A stretch of 63,938 nt of DNA, counting the filler, from Folioceros fuciformis (taxonomy: Eukaryota): assembly GCA_049999805.1 (NCBI GenBank). It is 6 parts of 6 records of this genome, joined end to end, with 100 filler letters (N's around TTAATTAATTAA, not from the genome) between each part and the next. Parts side by side here need not be neighbours in the genome. Positions count along the whole stretch, not along the records: positions 1 to 26,726 come from JBNGIO010006110.1; 5 more parts are not named here. One strand, 5' to 3'. The position numbers and the translations under genes were made by a program. The notes below the pieces were generated by a model. The model had not been told where the DNA came from. It was given only the letters and a program-made list of their open reading frames with translations, and made no database searches. Shown here one piece after another: positions 1 to 13,306 of the stretch (its first letter is position 1; the number at the start of each line of letters is the position of its first letter).

Positions 1-562
1 TTTTGCATAGAAATCCAATCAAGCTTTTGGCATCTTGACATCTTTTGAGCCACATATCAATCCATATATATGTATGTATAACCATAGCATATGATTATTA
101 TACGTATGTATATATTATATAAATTTATATACAAAATATATATATATATGTACATGCATAAGATTAAACATGCCACTATGACATCGGAGAGGGTTGATGA
201 ATTTTCCATTCTATAACCCTTTCTATGTTAGATATCTTTATCTAATAATATGAATGTACATAATAAATTTGATCTATAATCTACATATAGTAATATAATC
301 ACTAAGCTAGACGTTTTTCTATAGAGCATTAACACTGCCATAGATGTGTTCCTAGTTTCAACCGGCGTACCGTGTACGCATACGTGCTAATGCTGGAGGA
401 GTTATGGATAAGTAATGAGCTAAAAGAAATGACACAGCTGGAAACACGTCCTCTAAAATGACCCAGGAGGCACAAGTTTCGCTGGGGGATACGTGCGCCA
501 CGTTAGAAAGCGTCGTCATCCTCACAACACATATTCAACCAAAACAAGAAATTGGAGAGGCG

Positions 563-2273
563 TTACCCGTCCTCCGTCCAAGTGAACGCCAAGAGTGCTA
601 TGCCGAGAGCTATCAACACTATTATGCTTCCAAACACCCAGGAGGCCCATTTGGACACATGATCGGAGCTGGATCTTTCATCCAGCTTTCTCAAACACGC
701 TCTGATCTGCTCCACATCCCCGTCCTTGGCAGCCTTGACAAACGAATCCTCCATGCTTGCGAACCTCTGCAGCCTCACACTCTGCAACCTGTCTTTACAA
801 GACCACAGGAAGGACGTTGTTCTCCAAAGCAGAATGCCAACGTAGATCCCAGCCACACAGTCCACACTGTAGTGGTGTCGCTCTCGGATTTCGCGCTGCG
901 AAGAGTGCAAGACCAGAATCCATATGCACACAGAGTACCATCCGGGATACGCTTCCTGGGCATAAGACAAGGAAAAAGCAATCGGTTGTGTGTACAAGGG
1001 GGAAACCAATCATCGTAGTTCGAATCGGATTGGCATGGAGGAAGTTCACATAATCAGTATTGGGAATGTTGTGGAAGAAAAGATGGACGTATTACGTACC
1101 GTCCATGCCATGGCCGTGAGCACAGAAACTAGAATGTGACCACTGAAGACCAGGTCATTACAACCTCCACCAGCTCGTTTCAAGGTGCTGAACCAGGATT
1201 CTGACTCACCGTGAATGGCTGGATCTGGGGGCCTCAGAATATTCACAAGAAACTGCGCTCCACCCCAACTTGGAGTATACTCTGCTGGATACTCTCCAAC
1301 GGAAGCTGTCCAGGCCAGGAAGAGTAATTAGCGCAATCAGGACTGACTTGGAGAGCAGCCCTGAAATGAAGCCACGCTGAAACAAAGAGGGGGAAAAAAA
1401 AAAAGCACGTACAGAACAGAAAAATGATGACACGAACGAATTCATGCTGAATCTGTTCAGAGACATGGAAGCTACTTGCCATAGCTGTGGTCCAGTCTCA
1501 AGAGCTCTCTGACCATGTTGGGATCGCTGGCGTAGGGCATGTAATACTTTTGGGCCCAAGGATGTGGATGGCCTGCAGATTTAAATCTGGAGTGAGCACA
1601 CCAGGGCCGAGCCGAGGGCAAAATGGTGGCCACAAACGTGGCAACTCGAAGCAGCCGCCCGACACCCATGGTAAACATGTATCTGGCACCTAGCCCAAGT
1701 CCTGGTGCCTTCACGCATCCGAAGAGCACAGAAAAGGCGAGCATGAGGAACAGCATGAGGTAGTGGTGAAGCCCGATGATGGGTGCCCGCAGCACCTGCA
1801 CCACCGCAACTGGCAGTCTCTGGTTAAGAGCCAGCAGCAGCCATTGTCCCGTGTCGGGAAGAGGTGCAGCCGTCCTGCACAGTCCACACCGTACATGCCA
1901 GCTGAGATAGGCACTTCCTTCCACCACCGAATAATTTCCAATTCCACTCACCCTACACCCACCAATGCCAATCGACTCCCATCACCACCGTCACAAACTG
2001 TACGGCCATTGCCTCCACGCACAGGGCTCCCAACATGAAGAACAACGATCCCAGAAATGGCACCACGCTCCTCAGCTCCTTCCCCCAGTGCGGGTAAAAC
2101 GGAGCCCTCGCCAGCAGCGCCACCGCCAAAAATCCCCATAGCACAGGCCTCAGCGTGGCATGCACGCTTGGACACACCACCCGACTGTAGTCCCATACGA
2201 TGTAGCACAGGGCTGCAATCCCCACAGCATGCGGGTACGGCCTGGTGAGCCACCACGAATCACGCTCACCCAT
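563..2273 (-). CDS. PLM: Sphingomyelin-synthase-like (PAP2_C) membrane protein, PHLOEM UNLOADING MODULATOR-like; 4 exons (~2273-1963, 1874-1480, 1305-1100, 955-563)
   Basis: Spliced translation contains PLPDTGQW, TILPSARPWC, GGGCNDLVFSGH and RHHYSVDC (SMS/IPCS catalytic H/H/D motifs) and ends FTWTEDG*. Splice sites keep the frame; intron 2 has a GC donor. Confidence 0.85.
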
Positions 2274-3371
2274 CTCCCTCCCCTCTCCTCTCCTCTCCTC
2301 TCCTCTTCTCACACCAGCTCCATCCCCAGCCCCCCGTCCCCTCCGCCTGGGATGTGCTGCGACGCAAGCGATCTCCACCCTCTCACACAGATCCAATCCC
2401 CGCTAGGCACGCAAACACGATGGTTTGATCGGATTTCACGAATTCAAAGGCTCCAGCAGCTCAAGTTTGTCATTCCAACTTGTAACACTCGTGAACCAAA
2501 CCAGCTCTAGCTTCAGCTCCCACAGGACAGGATCGATTTGTCCAACCTTGTTCGACTTCCCTAGCTATTGCCGGCATGCCTGTCTGTAGGTTGGAAGACG
2601 GACCGTTGAGCATTAAACACATATTAGTCAACATCGTGTCAAGGACTGTAATTAATATGCAGTGCTGCTATCAATTTACTGTACCGTGTAAAGCCTTGTG
2701 TGGAATTTAGCGTTTCAGAATTTTAGCTCTTGATGCTTTCCTGGCCGAACCAAGCACGGTTTGTGGGTTTATGAGAGTGGGAAAGGAGTCCTCAGAAAGG
2801 GATATCCTACAAGGATGGACTCCATGGAAAGGTGGCTCCTGACCATAATATTACATTGACCGTGTCAGCCGTGATTCATGAACCCGTGACCGGAACCGGC
2901 GTTTCGTTCGCTCGGCTGGTCCGTCCCCGGATACGCTACCTGCTCGGGTAGGCTAACCGTCTCGCATTGTCTGTTGCCTCCACCGCCTCCGACCTAGGTG
3001 CTCCAGGTCGCTGTGCTGTGGATTGGTGACTCGATGGTTGATGAGAAGGAGCCTTTGTTGTGCTCAAGGGGTGTTACGGGAGACGTGTGAGGTGAATTTG
3101 GGGAAAGCTGCGGATAGGGAACCAAGGGCAGGTTTGGAGCTCGTGGCTGGGGGATTGGATTGCAGTGGAGTCTGCGTGGGATGAAGGAAGATTTCTGTAG
3201 GAGAATTGAATGCACTAGAGTGGGGATACGGGACATAGGTGCAGGTTTGGTTTGGCGTGGTTTCCATGTTTGGTTTTAGGGTTTTGGATGAACGAAGGTG
3301 GGGTTTTGGTTGTTTGACTGGGAGGCGGGGTGCGTGAGTCCGTGAGAGCTGGAGTTGGCGGAGGACTGAGC

Positions 3372-6300
3372 ATGGCAGCTGATGAGGATGCCGATGACTA
3401 CATTTTCTATGGAACGCCTCTGGAAAGGGAGGATGAGCTGGGGCGCAGGAAGAGGAAACTGGCGGTGGAAAAGGGCCAGGCTCGTCGAGTGCCTCCCTGG
3501 CAGCAAGAGGTGGGTCTGGAGACGACGGTACCATTGTTGCTGAGTGGGGAGGAGAGTGGTGTCTGGAATAAGTGGTCTTGTGTTGCGTTGCAGGTTACCG
3601 ACAGTGAAGGACGGAGAAGGTTTCATGGGGCTTTCACGGGGGGGTTTTCTGCTGGATATTACAACACTGTTGGGTCCAAGGAAGGTGTGTGAGATTTGGG
3701 GTTTGTTTGGAGGATCGAAGAGTTCAACATTGTGGTTTACAAATGGGTCGACTGTTGCCTTCACGCAGGATGGACCCCGGCAAGCTTCTCCTCGTCTCGG
3801 ACAAAACGGGCAGATCGCAAAGAGCAGTCAGCTTTGGACTACATGGACGAAGAAGAGAGAGATGTAAGTGGTTGAGACGCGGTGGTTCTCTATCTTGTTG
3901 AAGACTGGAATTTTGATCGACTCGATGAGCAAACAGCATTGCATTTTCAAGTCATTGACCAAGTCGAGACATTTTCAAGCCATTGACCAGTCTTGACTTG
4001 TTCTTCGTCCAGGAGATAAACGACAAGGCGCTTGGGGCCTCCTCTGAGTTTGACACGTTTGGTTCAACTGCTGCCGAGATTGCTCGTCGTCAATCTGCAC
4101 AAGAAATTGGTCAAAGGTAGAAAGCTTATCCCTGGCTGACCTTGTATCTTTATTTCAAGAAAATGTTTAGTGGATGGCTATCACAGCAGTGGCTTTTTGT
4201 GATTGCAGGGCATCTGCAATACCAGGCCCTGCTCCTGACGAGATTGTTGTTCCGGTCGTTCAGTCCATTGGTATGTCAACTAGCAAGTGTCGTCTGAGAT
4301 TTGCTGCTGTAGGATCTTTGCCTCACGTATGACTGTTGATTCGAACCAGGTGTGAAGTTGCTTTTGAAAATGGGGTGGCGTCAGGGTCGCTCAATAGGAC
4401 CGAGCCATGTCGCTGCATCTCAAGGTAGGAGCTTCTTTGGTGTATTTCACGAGTGAATCGCCTGCTGACTTTGTAACTTACTTTGAAATTACAGCTTCAC
4501 AACGTGAGGCACGAAAAGCTATGATAGCTCTGGCAAAGACTGACCAGCCTGTGAAGGGAGTGAAGGTCTATGGGGCAGAAATGCCTATTGCCCTTAAATC
4601 AAGCCCTGGCTCAGATACCGAGGCTGCTGCAGAACAAGATGAAACTTTGGTTGTACCAAAGAGTACTCCGGTATATTTCTACCTTTAGGGTCAACTTTCT
4701 GTTGGCTGGTTGCCTGTTTATCCTCCGAGTAGATGCTGAAATCATGTGATTCTTGAAACCAAGGTATGACTGTATAGGTGTTTGTCCTGAATCCCAAGAA
4801 GAACAAGCATGGTCTTGGTTTTGATCCCTTCCAAAATGCACCAGAGTTCAGAGGTAGCTTTTTCTTTTTCTTTTTTCTTTAAATCCGTAGTTTCTTCCGA
4901 CATGGGGACCGCAGTTTTTGTGTTGATGGCCCAGGCTGAACAAAGTCAGAGTGAACGGGTATGCAGATGCAAAGCGTTTTCGGATGGGGCAGGAACATGG
5001 TAAATCCATCAGAAAGTGGGGGCAGGTTGCTCTTTCATCCGGGAAACGAAGTTTATTCAGGCCAAATGGTACCTTCTTGACAACAACCTGGTCCACTCTG
5101 GGCTTGCTCCATGATAATGGCACATATATTATAATTCTGGAGATGCCGAGCAGACTCTGTGTTTTTGTGGTTTTTGTAGCTGGGAGGATGTCTGGTGGCT
5201 TTGGAATTGGAGCTCTTGAAGAACTTGGAGAAGAGGATGAAGATGTGTACGCTGCTGGTAGTAACTTGTTTGAAACCCAGCAAGTCCCCACATTTGTTGA
5301 CTTAAGCCCAATGGTAGTGTTCTGATGCCTTTTGCAGCAGGTTTTGAATATGAGATAGGACCTATCGAAGAGGACATTGGCCCAAGCCCTTCAAAAGGTC
5401 ATGTGCATACGAAGACATCCCAAAAATCTAAAGAAGGGCTGCTTCCAGGCTTCAAGATTGCCAGTTCCTCTTCTGTTCCAAATGTGAATTGGTAACGCAC
5501 CTTGTTTGGTATGATAAATGTTGTGATCTGCGCTGATTGCTAGTTATATACTGACAAACAGCCTGTCCTTCGACTAGGTTTCCTCCACCCCAGGTTCCGA
5601 CGGGGTTTGTGAGTGTACACAAATTTACATCACCTCTAGAAATTAGGCATGTTTTGTCCACGCCTGAGCCACCAGCAGTCCCACCTCCGGAGAACAAGGA
5701 GCAGTGCAGGGTTATCGAAGGATTGGCAGCTTTTGTTGCACGAATTGGGCAGAAGTTTGAGGACTTATCAAGAGAACGGAACATGGGCAATTCCTTGTTT
5801 GGTTTCCTTTTTGGGGGTCCAGGACATGATTATTATGTAAGGAAATTGTGGGAGGAGCGCAATAAACTAGCAGATTCTGGGAAGGAACAAATCCAGAAAA
5901 CTTCAGATGTGTCTTTACCACCTACACTCGGTGCAGAGCAGCGTGGCAAGATGCTGGGGGAAGTTGTCCTACCCTCAAAGCCTGTATCAGTAACTTCAAT
6001 GATTGCGCCAGAGGATCGTGCCAGGCTTCAGTCAATTCTTATGAGCACTTTCACGAAGTCAGGATCTGAGGTACGTGCAAGCGAACTTTTTACTATCGAA
6101 GACTGCCTTCTCCTTTGTCATGGCGAATTCAGTTATCATCTTTCGGTCAGCTGCTTCTAGCAGCGGGGTTAACATTAGTAGTGTTCTCGGAGCACACCTT
6201 GTGACAGGTGTTTGTTCACTGTGGTAGGGGGGAGATGTGAAGGTGTCCTCTAAGCCTTTCTTCCTTGACCCAGCAAAGCAAGGTAGGTACGAGCAGTATC

Positions 6301-7947
6301 TGAAGGACAAGACTCGAGGTGGTCTTAGAGCCATGGCTGTGGGAGGAAGTCAGTTGTCTGAGGTGCAACGTGCTCAGGAAATTCTTGAGTTTGAGAACGC
6401 AGCACGGGGTGCTCATGGAGGATCCTCCACCACGAAAAGTGCCTTAACTGTTGCAGGCAATGAACTAGACTTATTGATGACTGATCGTTTCACTGCGGGA
6501 ACAGGGGATAGTGGTGGCCTTTTGGTATGTCACCATGTGAGCTGTTGTAAGTCATGCCGTTCCGTATGCATATTTACTTCGATTTCCGTAGTTCTGACCA
6601 GAGAAGTGTACAACGTGGCAGCCGGTGCATGAAGCCGGATTAGGTGCACAGGCAGGAGGGCAACCAATGAGAGTGGTGCAATCGTGGAGGCCTACTTCCC
6701 TCCTGTGCAAGCGTTTCGACCTTCCTGATCCATTTGTTGGCAAGGTAGAAAAGAATTTCCTTCCGTGTGGGTTGAAATGCTGTACTCCATAGTATTCCTT
6801 ATGGAGACCTTAGTGCAATAGGGTTTGTTTTGTAAAGTCCATACTGACATCCTTGTCTTGACAGCCACCTCCATTGCCCAAACCACGGAGTCGAACAGAG
6901 TCCTTAATTCTTGTGGGCTCACGTCCTGACACAGAGATTCCATCTGAGTCGGCAGGGGGCAGTATGGCTGTGCCTATCCTGCCAGGGAATCACCTTAAGC
7001 GTGGTGAGTCAACCCCTCTAAGTGGTCCTTCTGCTACGGAAGTGGAGGAACCACCCATGGACACCATCCGAGAGAAACCTGTGGACCTTTTTAAGGTAAC
7101 TTCCGGGTGTCAGTTGCTGAATGATAGCTGAAAGAAAGAAGTCGGTCCAAGTTTAACATAAGTTTTAACGCAGGCTATCTTCTCCGATTCTGAGGAGGAG
7201 GAGGAGGATGAGGATGGTCCTAGATTACAAGAACCGTTTCCTTCGTCAATCCAGGGAGATGATAGAGAATCAGAGAAGAGCCACATAAGTGCTGCAGAGG
7301 CTGCTCATTCGGCACTAAACCGATTGGTTGCTGGGGACTTTCTGGAGTCACTCGGCAAAGAGCTTGGGTTGAAGGTACCTTCACCGGTGGAACGCAAGGC
7401 ATTTACAGATGGCCGAAACCATGTTGTCCATGATCGGAATGTCAAGAAGGAGTCCCAGCTGAAGGCCACTGTTGGAGGAGAGAGCTCAAAGTTGACGAAA
7501 GACCCTGGTCACAAACCAGTTCATGTCATCACTCAGGGAGGCAGAAGCAACGAAACTGTCAAAGTTGGACTAGATCCCGGTAAGCACAACACGAGGTTAT
7601 CTCGTGGTCTCACTGATCTGCAGTCGAACATGGCGGATGCACAAGTTCGTAAGCGGAGTCATTCAGATGATGACGAAGAAGGCGAAGACAGGAAGGGCAG
7701 GAGGTCAAGGAAGCATCATCCACAGCGCGAGAACATTGCCAGGCACAGCAGCTCTAGTGACAGCGATGAACGTTCGCACAGAAAATCAAGGGAGCACAAG
7801 AAACACAAAAGGAAGTCACGGACGAAAGACAAGAACGACAGTGAGAGCGATGACGATAGAGCGAAGACACCTCGGCACCGTAGTAGGCATGAATCCCATG
7901 GCCAGGATTCGAAAAGCCACACCCATAGCAAGGAAAAACGGCATTGA
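3372..7947 (+). CDS. TGH: G-patch domain protein TOUGH/GPATCH1 homolog, multi-exon
   Basis: N-terminal [27 protein letters not shown] motif, G-patch ([17 protein letters not shown], ~4350-4400), SURP-like domain ([18 protein letters not shown], ~5700-5870), [11 protein letters not shown], and a K/R/S-rich C-terminus ending at 7947. Confidence 0.92.
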
Positions 7948-8651
7948 GTCACAGATGGGTGCTGGTGCGAATGTCTGCTTTCCAACCGACTGGAACTGAT
8001 CTCTGACCGGGCCTGTACATGGTGGACGGTTCTCAATACATCTTCTCTACAGTTACTGGAGGTGCGTTGTCCAGGTGACCCCTTTGGACGGTCGGGCTGG
8101 CCTCCATCCGGCTACCCAATCCGCCGGTGGGGACGTGGTCGGGCGCCCACTATCCGCCATCGACCGCTTTGGCCCAATTTTTGGAGGGATAAAGAAAGCC
8201 CGCTTGGATGATAAACTGAACACACCTGTTGGACGATTCCAGCGACTTTGGAAGGTGCGTGGTGAAATGAAAAGTCCCTTTCACTCAAAGATTGGAGAAC
8301 AACCCAGAGGGCCAAAGACCAAGAATGTGCTAGCCCCTTTGACGTGCATGGGACATTTTTGGCTGATTATTTAATTTAATTGATTATGAGGTGATTGGAT
8401 ATTGCATTCATGCCGTCACCCGTATCGTGCCTTTCGTCTATTCGAGGGGCAAAGGGCTGAATGGTTAAAAAAAAAAATCAGAAACGAGGCTAAGGTATTA
8501 AGATATTTTTATTTTTGCACTGAGATATATAATCTATGAATATGTACGCACTTTCTCGGTAGATCCAAAGCATTGGTGGGCACGAGCCACTTGGACAACT
8601 TGCGAGCCTTATAACGGGTACATTTTCTCTCGGTGGTAGGTATATGTGGTC

Positions 8652-10561
<1,910 letters not shown>

Positions 10562-11086
10562 GCGTTCAAGATGTTTCCTGCAAGAGCTTTCATGTGGGGT
10601 GAATGGGACCCGCTGATGCTCAGCAAGCGTCTGGAGCTGTCCATTCGACTCTGAGACGGGCTGTGTAGGTGTCGTGCCCCGTACAAAGATGTGTTTGAGA
10701 ACCGTCCGCAACGTATTCCAGGCCATGTGGCAGTCTTGCAGTTCGCTGACAAAAGTAGCTGTAGTCTTTCTTGCAGCTTGCAGAAAATAAGTGTCTGCTA
10801 ATGTCTTCTTGCCCTATGAAGCCTGTGATTTGTCAGTGTAATCAAGTTTGCTTTCCGTTGTAAAGTCGATGATGTTTGAACGTGCGATTCAAGATATTTA
10901 ATAGGATCGTGCACTTATTCGGGCTCCACTTTTTGGTACCGTAACTCGGTTAGGTCGGTAAGGTCGGGAGATTTATGGAGTCGATTAGGGCAAACACAAT
11001 CTGAAGTATAGTTGATGACGGCAGACAAAAAGGACACGTGGAATTGTCTGGGCACGCAAAACAAGGCACGCCGAGTAGGCATTGAG

Positions 11087-11190
11087 TAAATTAGGGCAAA
11101 CAGCACTTATTGTTGATTTGGGCAAACAAAAAAGGACAGAATTGATTTGGGCAAACAAAAAAGGACAGAATTGATTAAGGCAAACAAAAA
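11087..11190. repeat. Short tandem repeat, ~29-bp unit (TTGATTTGGGCAAACAAAAAAGGACAGAA), ~3 copies plus degenerate copies upstream
   Basis: Read directly; related motifs also occur at 10983-11035. Confidence 0.75.
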
Positions 11191-11892
11191 AGCCGCGCCA
11201 AGTTCACTAGAGCAACCACAAAAGTTGTGCCGAACTCATTAGGCGATCCGAACAAGAGGGTAGAGTTGTGTAAGCGACAAGAGGGGTTTCTTCCCTTATG
11301 TACACATTACAAAGGGAATAAAACCATTGACAACAAAATCTGAGCCTGTCCCCATCTACAATGCAGTAGCCACAACGCAGCCCTTTAGATACAAGGCCAG
11401 GCAAAATCCTTCAGCTTACGCCCTCCGACTCTACCGTCAAGTCTTTATCCAGAAGAAAAAAAAGTAAGAAAAGAGGTGTTCCAACTCTGCAGAACACACA
11501 CCTAAGCAAGACCTGAATCTCGCCCTGCCTAAGGAGCAATTGTCACATGCGTACCACGTAGAGGCCATACGCGGTCCAGCTGCTTGCAATGGTAGCTGCA
11601 AGCAGCTACCTGCAGTTTTGTGTCGTCAGCATCTCAGGAATGTAGCGTATTAAGATATTTGGCATTGCGACTGTTGGTCATCATGGCCTGCACACATCTC
11701 GTCAACGAAAACTTGCACAGTACAGGGACGAGATACTAGGAATCCATCAAGGTCATGGAACCCAGAAAAATCTACACTCGTGCCCGATGACGGATTGAAG
11801 TGTCCTGAAGGGGCTTGACTTCTGATACCATTCAAGAAGATCGGTCTCACCAACGATGGGTGCTCCATTGTCCCCCTCCTAACATGCCTACA

Positions 11893-12990
11893 TCATGTGT
11901 AGTCATACAGAGAAATGCTCTTATCCTCAGAAACGCTGGCAAGCCTGCCAGCCCTCACACCCTCTCCTCCAGGAGGTCTGAATGCCACAGACCACACTTG
12001 GTCCGAGTGATCAGTCATGGTCTGCACAGAGGCTCGCATTTTCAAGTCCCACAGCCTCACAGTCTTGTCACTGGAGCCAGACGCAAGAGCGGCCCCATCG
12101 GGGCTCACATCCACGGACAGGACGAAACTCGCGTGCCCTGACATAGCACCAATAATCTTCCGGCTCTCCGCATCGTACATATGGATGTGCTTGTCGTCAC
12201 ACGCTGTGAACAAAACCCTATTATCCACCGGCGAGAAGGCCAGGGACCTCACAGGCATGGTATGCCCGTCCAGCTCGTGCACCAACTTCCCCCGGGCAAC
12301 GTCGAAAACCGCCACCGTGCCATCCATGGTGCTGCAAGCAAGGCGCCTTCCGTCCGCACTCCACGCAGTAGCCAGCACAAACTTGCCCCCACTTTTCTCA
12401 ACCGCCTTCACGTCCGCTGTGTCTCCCCTTGGCACAGCCAGAGCCTTCTCCATCTTCCAAGAATTGGTGCTCCACAGCTTCACCGATGCACTCCCTCCTC
12501 CAGCCACAGCAAGGAAATTCCCCTACCAAACACAAGAACAAATCGTCCTCTCAGCACGAAGCCACTAAAACTATCTACACAGCCTAGCCTAGCCTAGCCT
12601 AGCCTAGACTGGCCTGCCCCAGCCCAGCCCAGCCCAGCCTCCCACGCATACCTTGGGGTCGAACTGCATCAGCCACGCCTCCGACGGCGATGACTCCAGT
12701 GTCGTCACAGTCGCGTTGGTGTCCACATCGAAGATCCGCACAAAGCTGTCTATGGACGTGGATGCCACAATGGTGCCCGCGGGATGAGCCGCCACAGCCA
12801 CCACCCCGAGAGCATGGCCCGTGTTGGTACGCTCCAGCTCCAGCTCGTCCCCCCTCCATATCTTCACGCTCTCATCTACCGAACCCGTAACCAGCAAAGC
12901 CTGTCGCGACGAGGTGGCCGGCGCCCAGGCCGCAGCCCAGATGGAGTCGTTGTGGGCATTACCCAGATTCTTCAAGCTCAGCAACTTCAT
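11893..12990 (-). CDS. VIP3: WD40-repeat protein VIP3/SKI8/WDR61; 2 exons (12990-12652, 12522-11893)
   Basis: MKLLSLKNLGNAHNDSIWAAAW...QFDPK|GNFLAVAGGGSASVKLW...GRLASVSEDKSISLYDYT matches plant VIP3. The GT-AG intron contains (CCTAG)n and (CCAGC)n microsatellites. Confidence 0.93.
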
Positions 12991-13306
12991 TGCGGCCTGT
13001 CTGTCCAACGTCTGATGCAATTCAACGATGAAAAAAACAAAAAAACATTCTCTTCCTCACGGAAAGAGAGCTGAGAAACGTGCTGCCATCCATCTACCTA
13101 GGCTGGGGTTCTTAACTTGTCTCCTACCGATTTCCTTCCAAAAGGTTCCGACAAGCTCGTACACTCTAACCGTTTACAGACCTGTGGATTCCCTTGGCTT
13201 TCACGTGAATGTACACAACACTCTACGAAAGGTTTACTTACCCTTTTCTCGTTGAGACCTACTCTTATGAAGGAAGGTATACCATACCAAGTACCCTACT
13301 AAAAAT

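Noticed and set aside
60..300. AT-rich (TA)n region at the window start
   Set aside because: Ordinary low-complexity intergenic sequence.
458..1018. 186-aa plus-strand ORF and similar antisense ORFs over VIP3, METTL22, NRL and OR23
   Set aside because: They lie antisense to well-supported genes and contain no recognisable domains.
11819..11830. PBS-like TCTGATACCA downstream of VIP3
   Set aside because: It is only a partial match, with no LTR or gag nearby.
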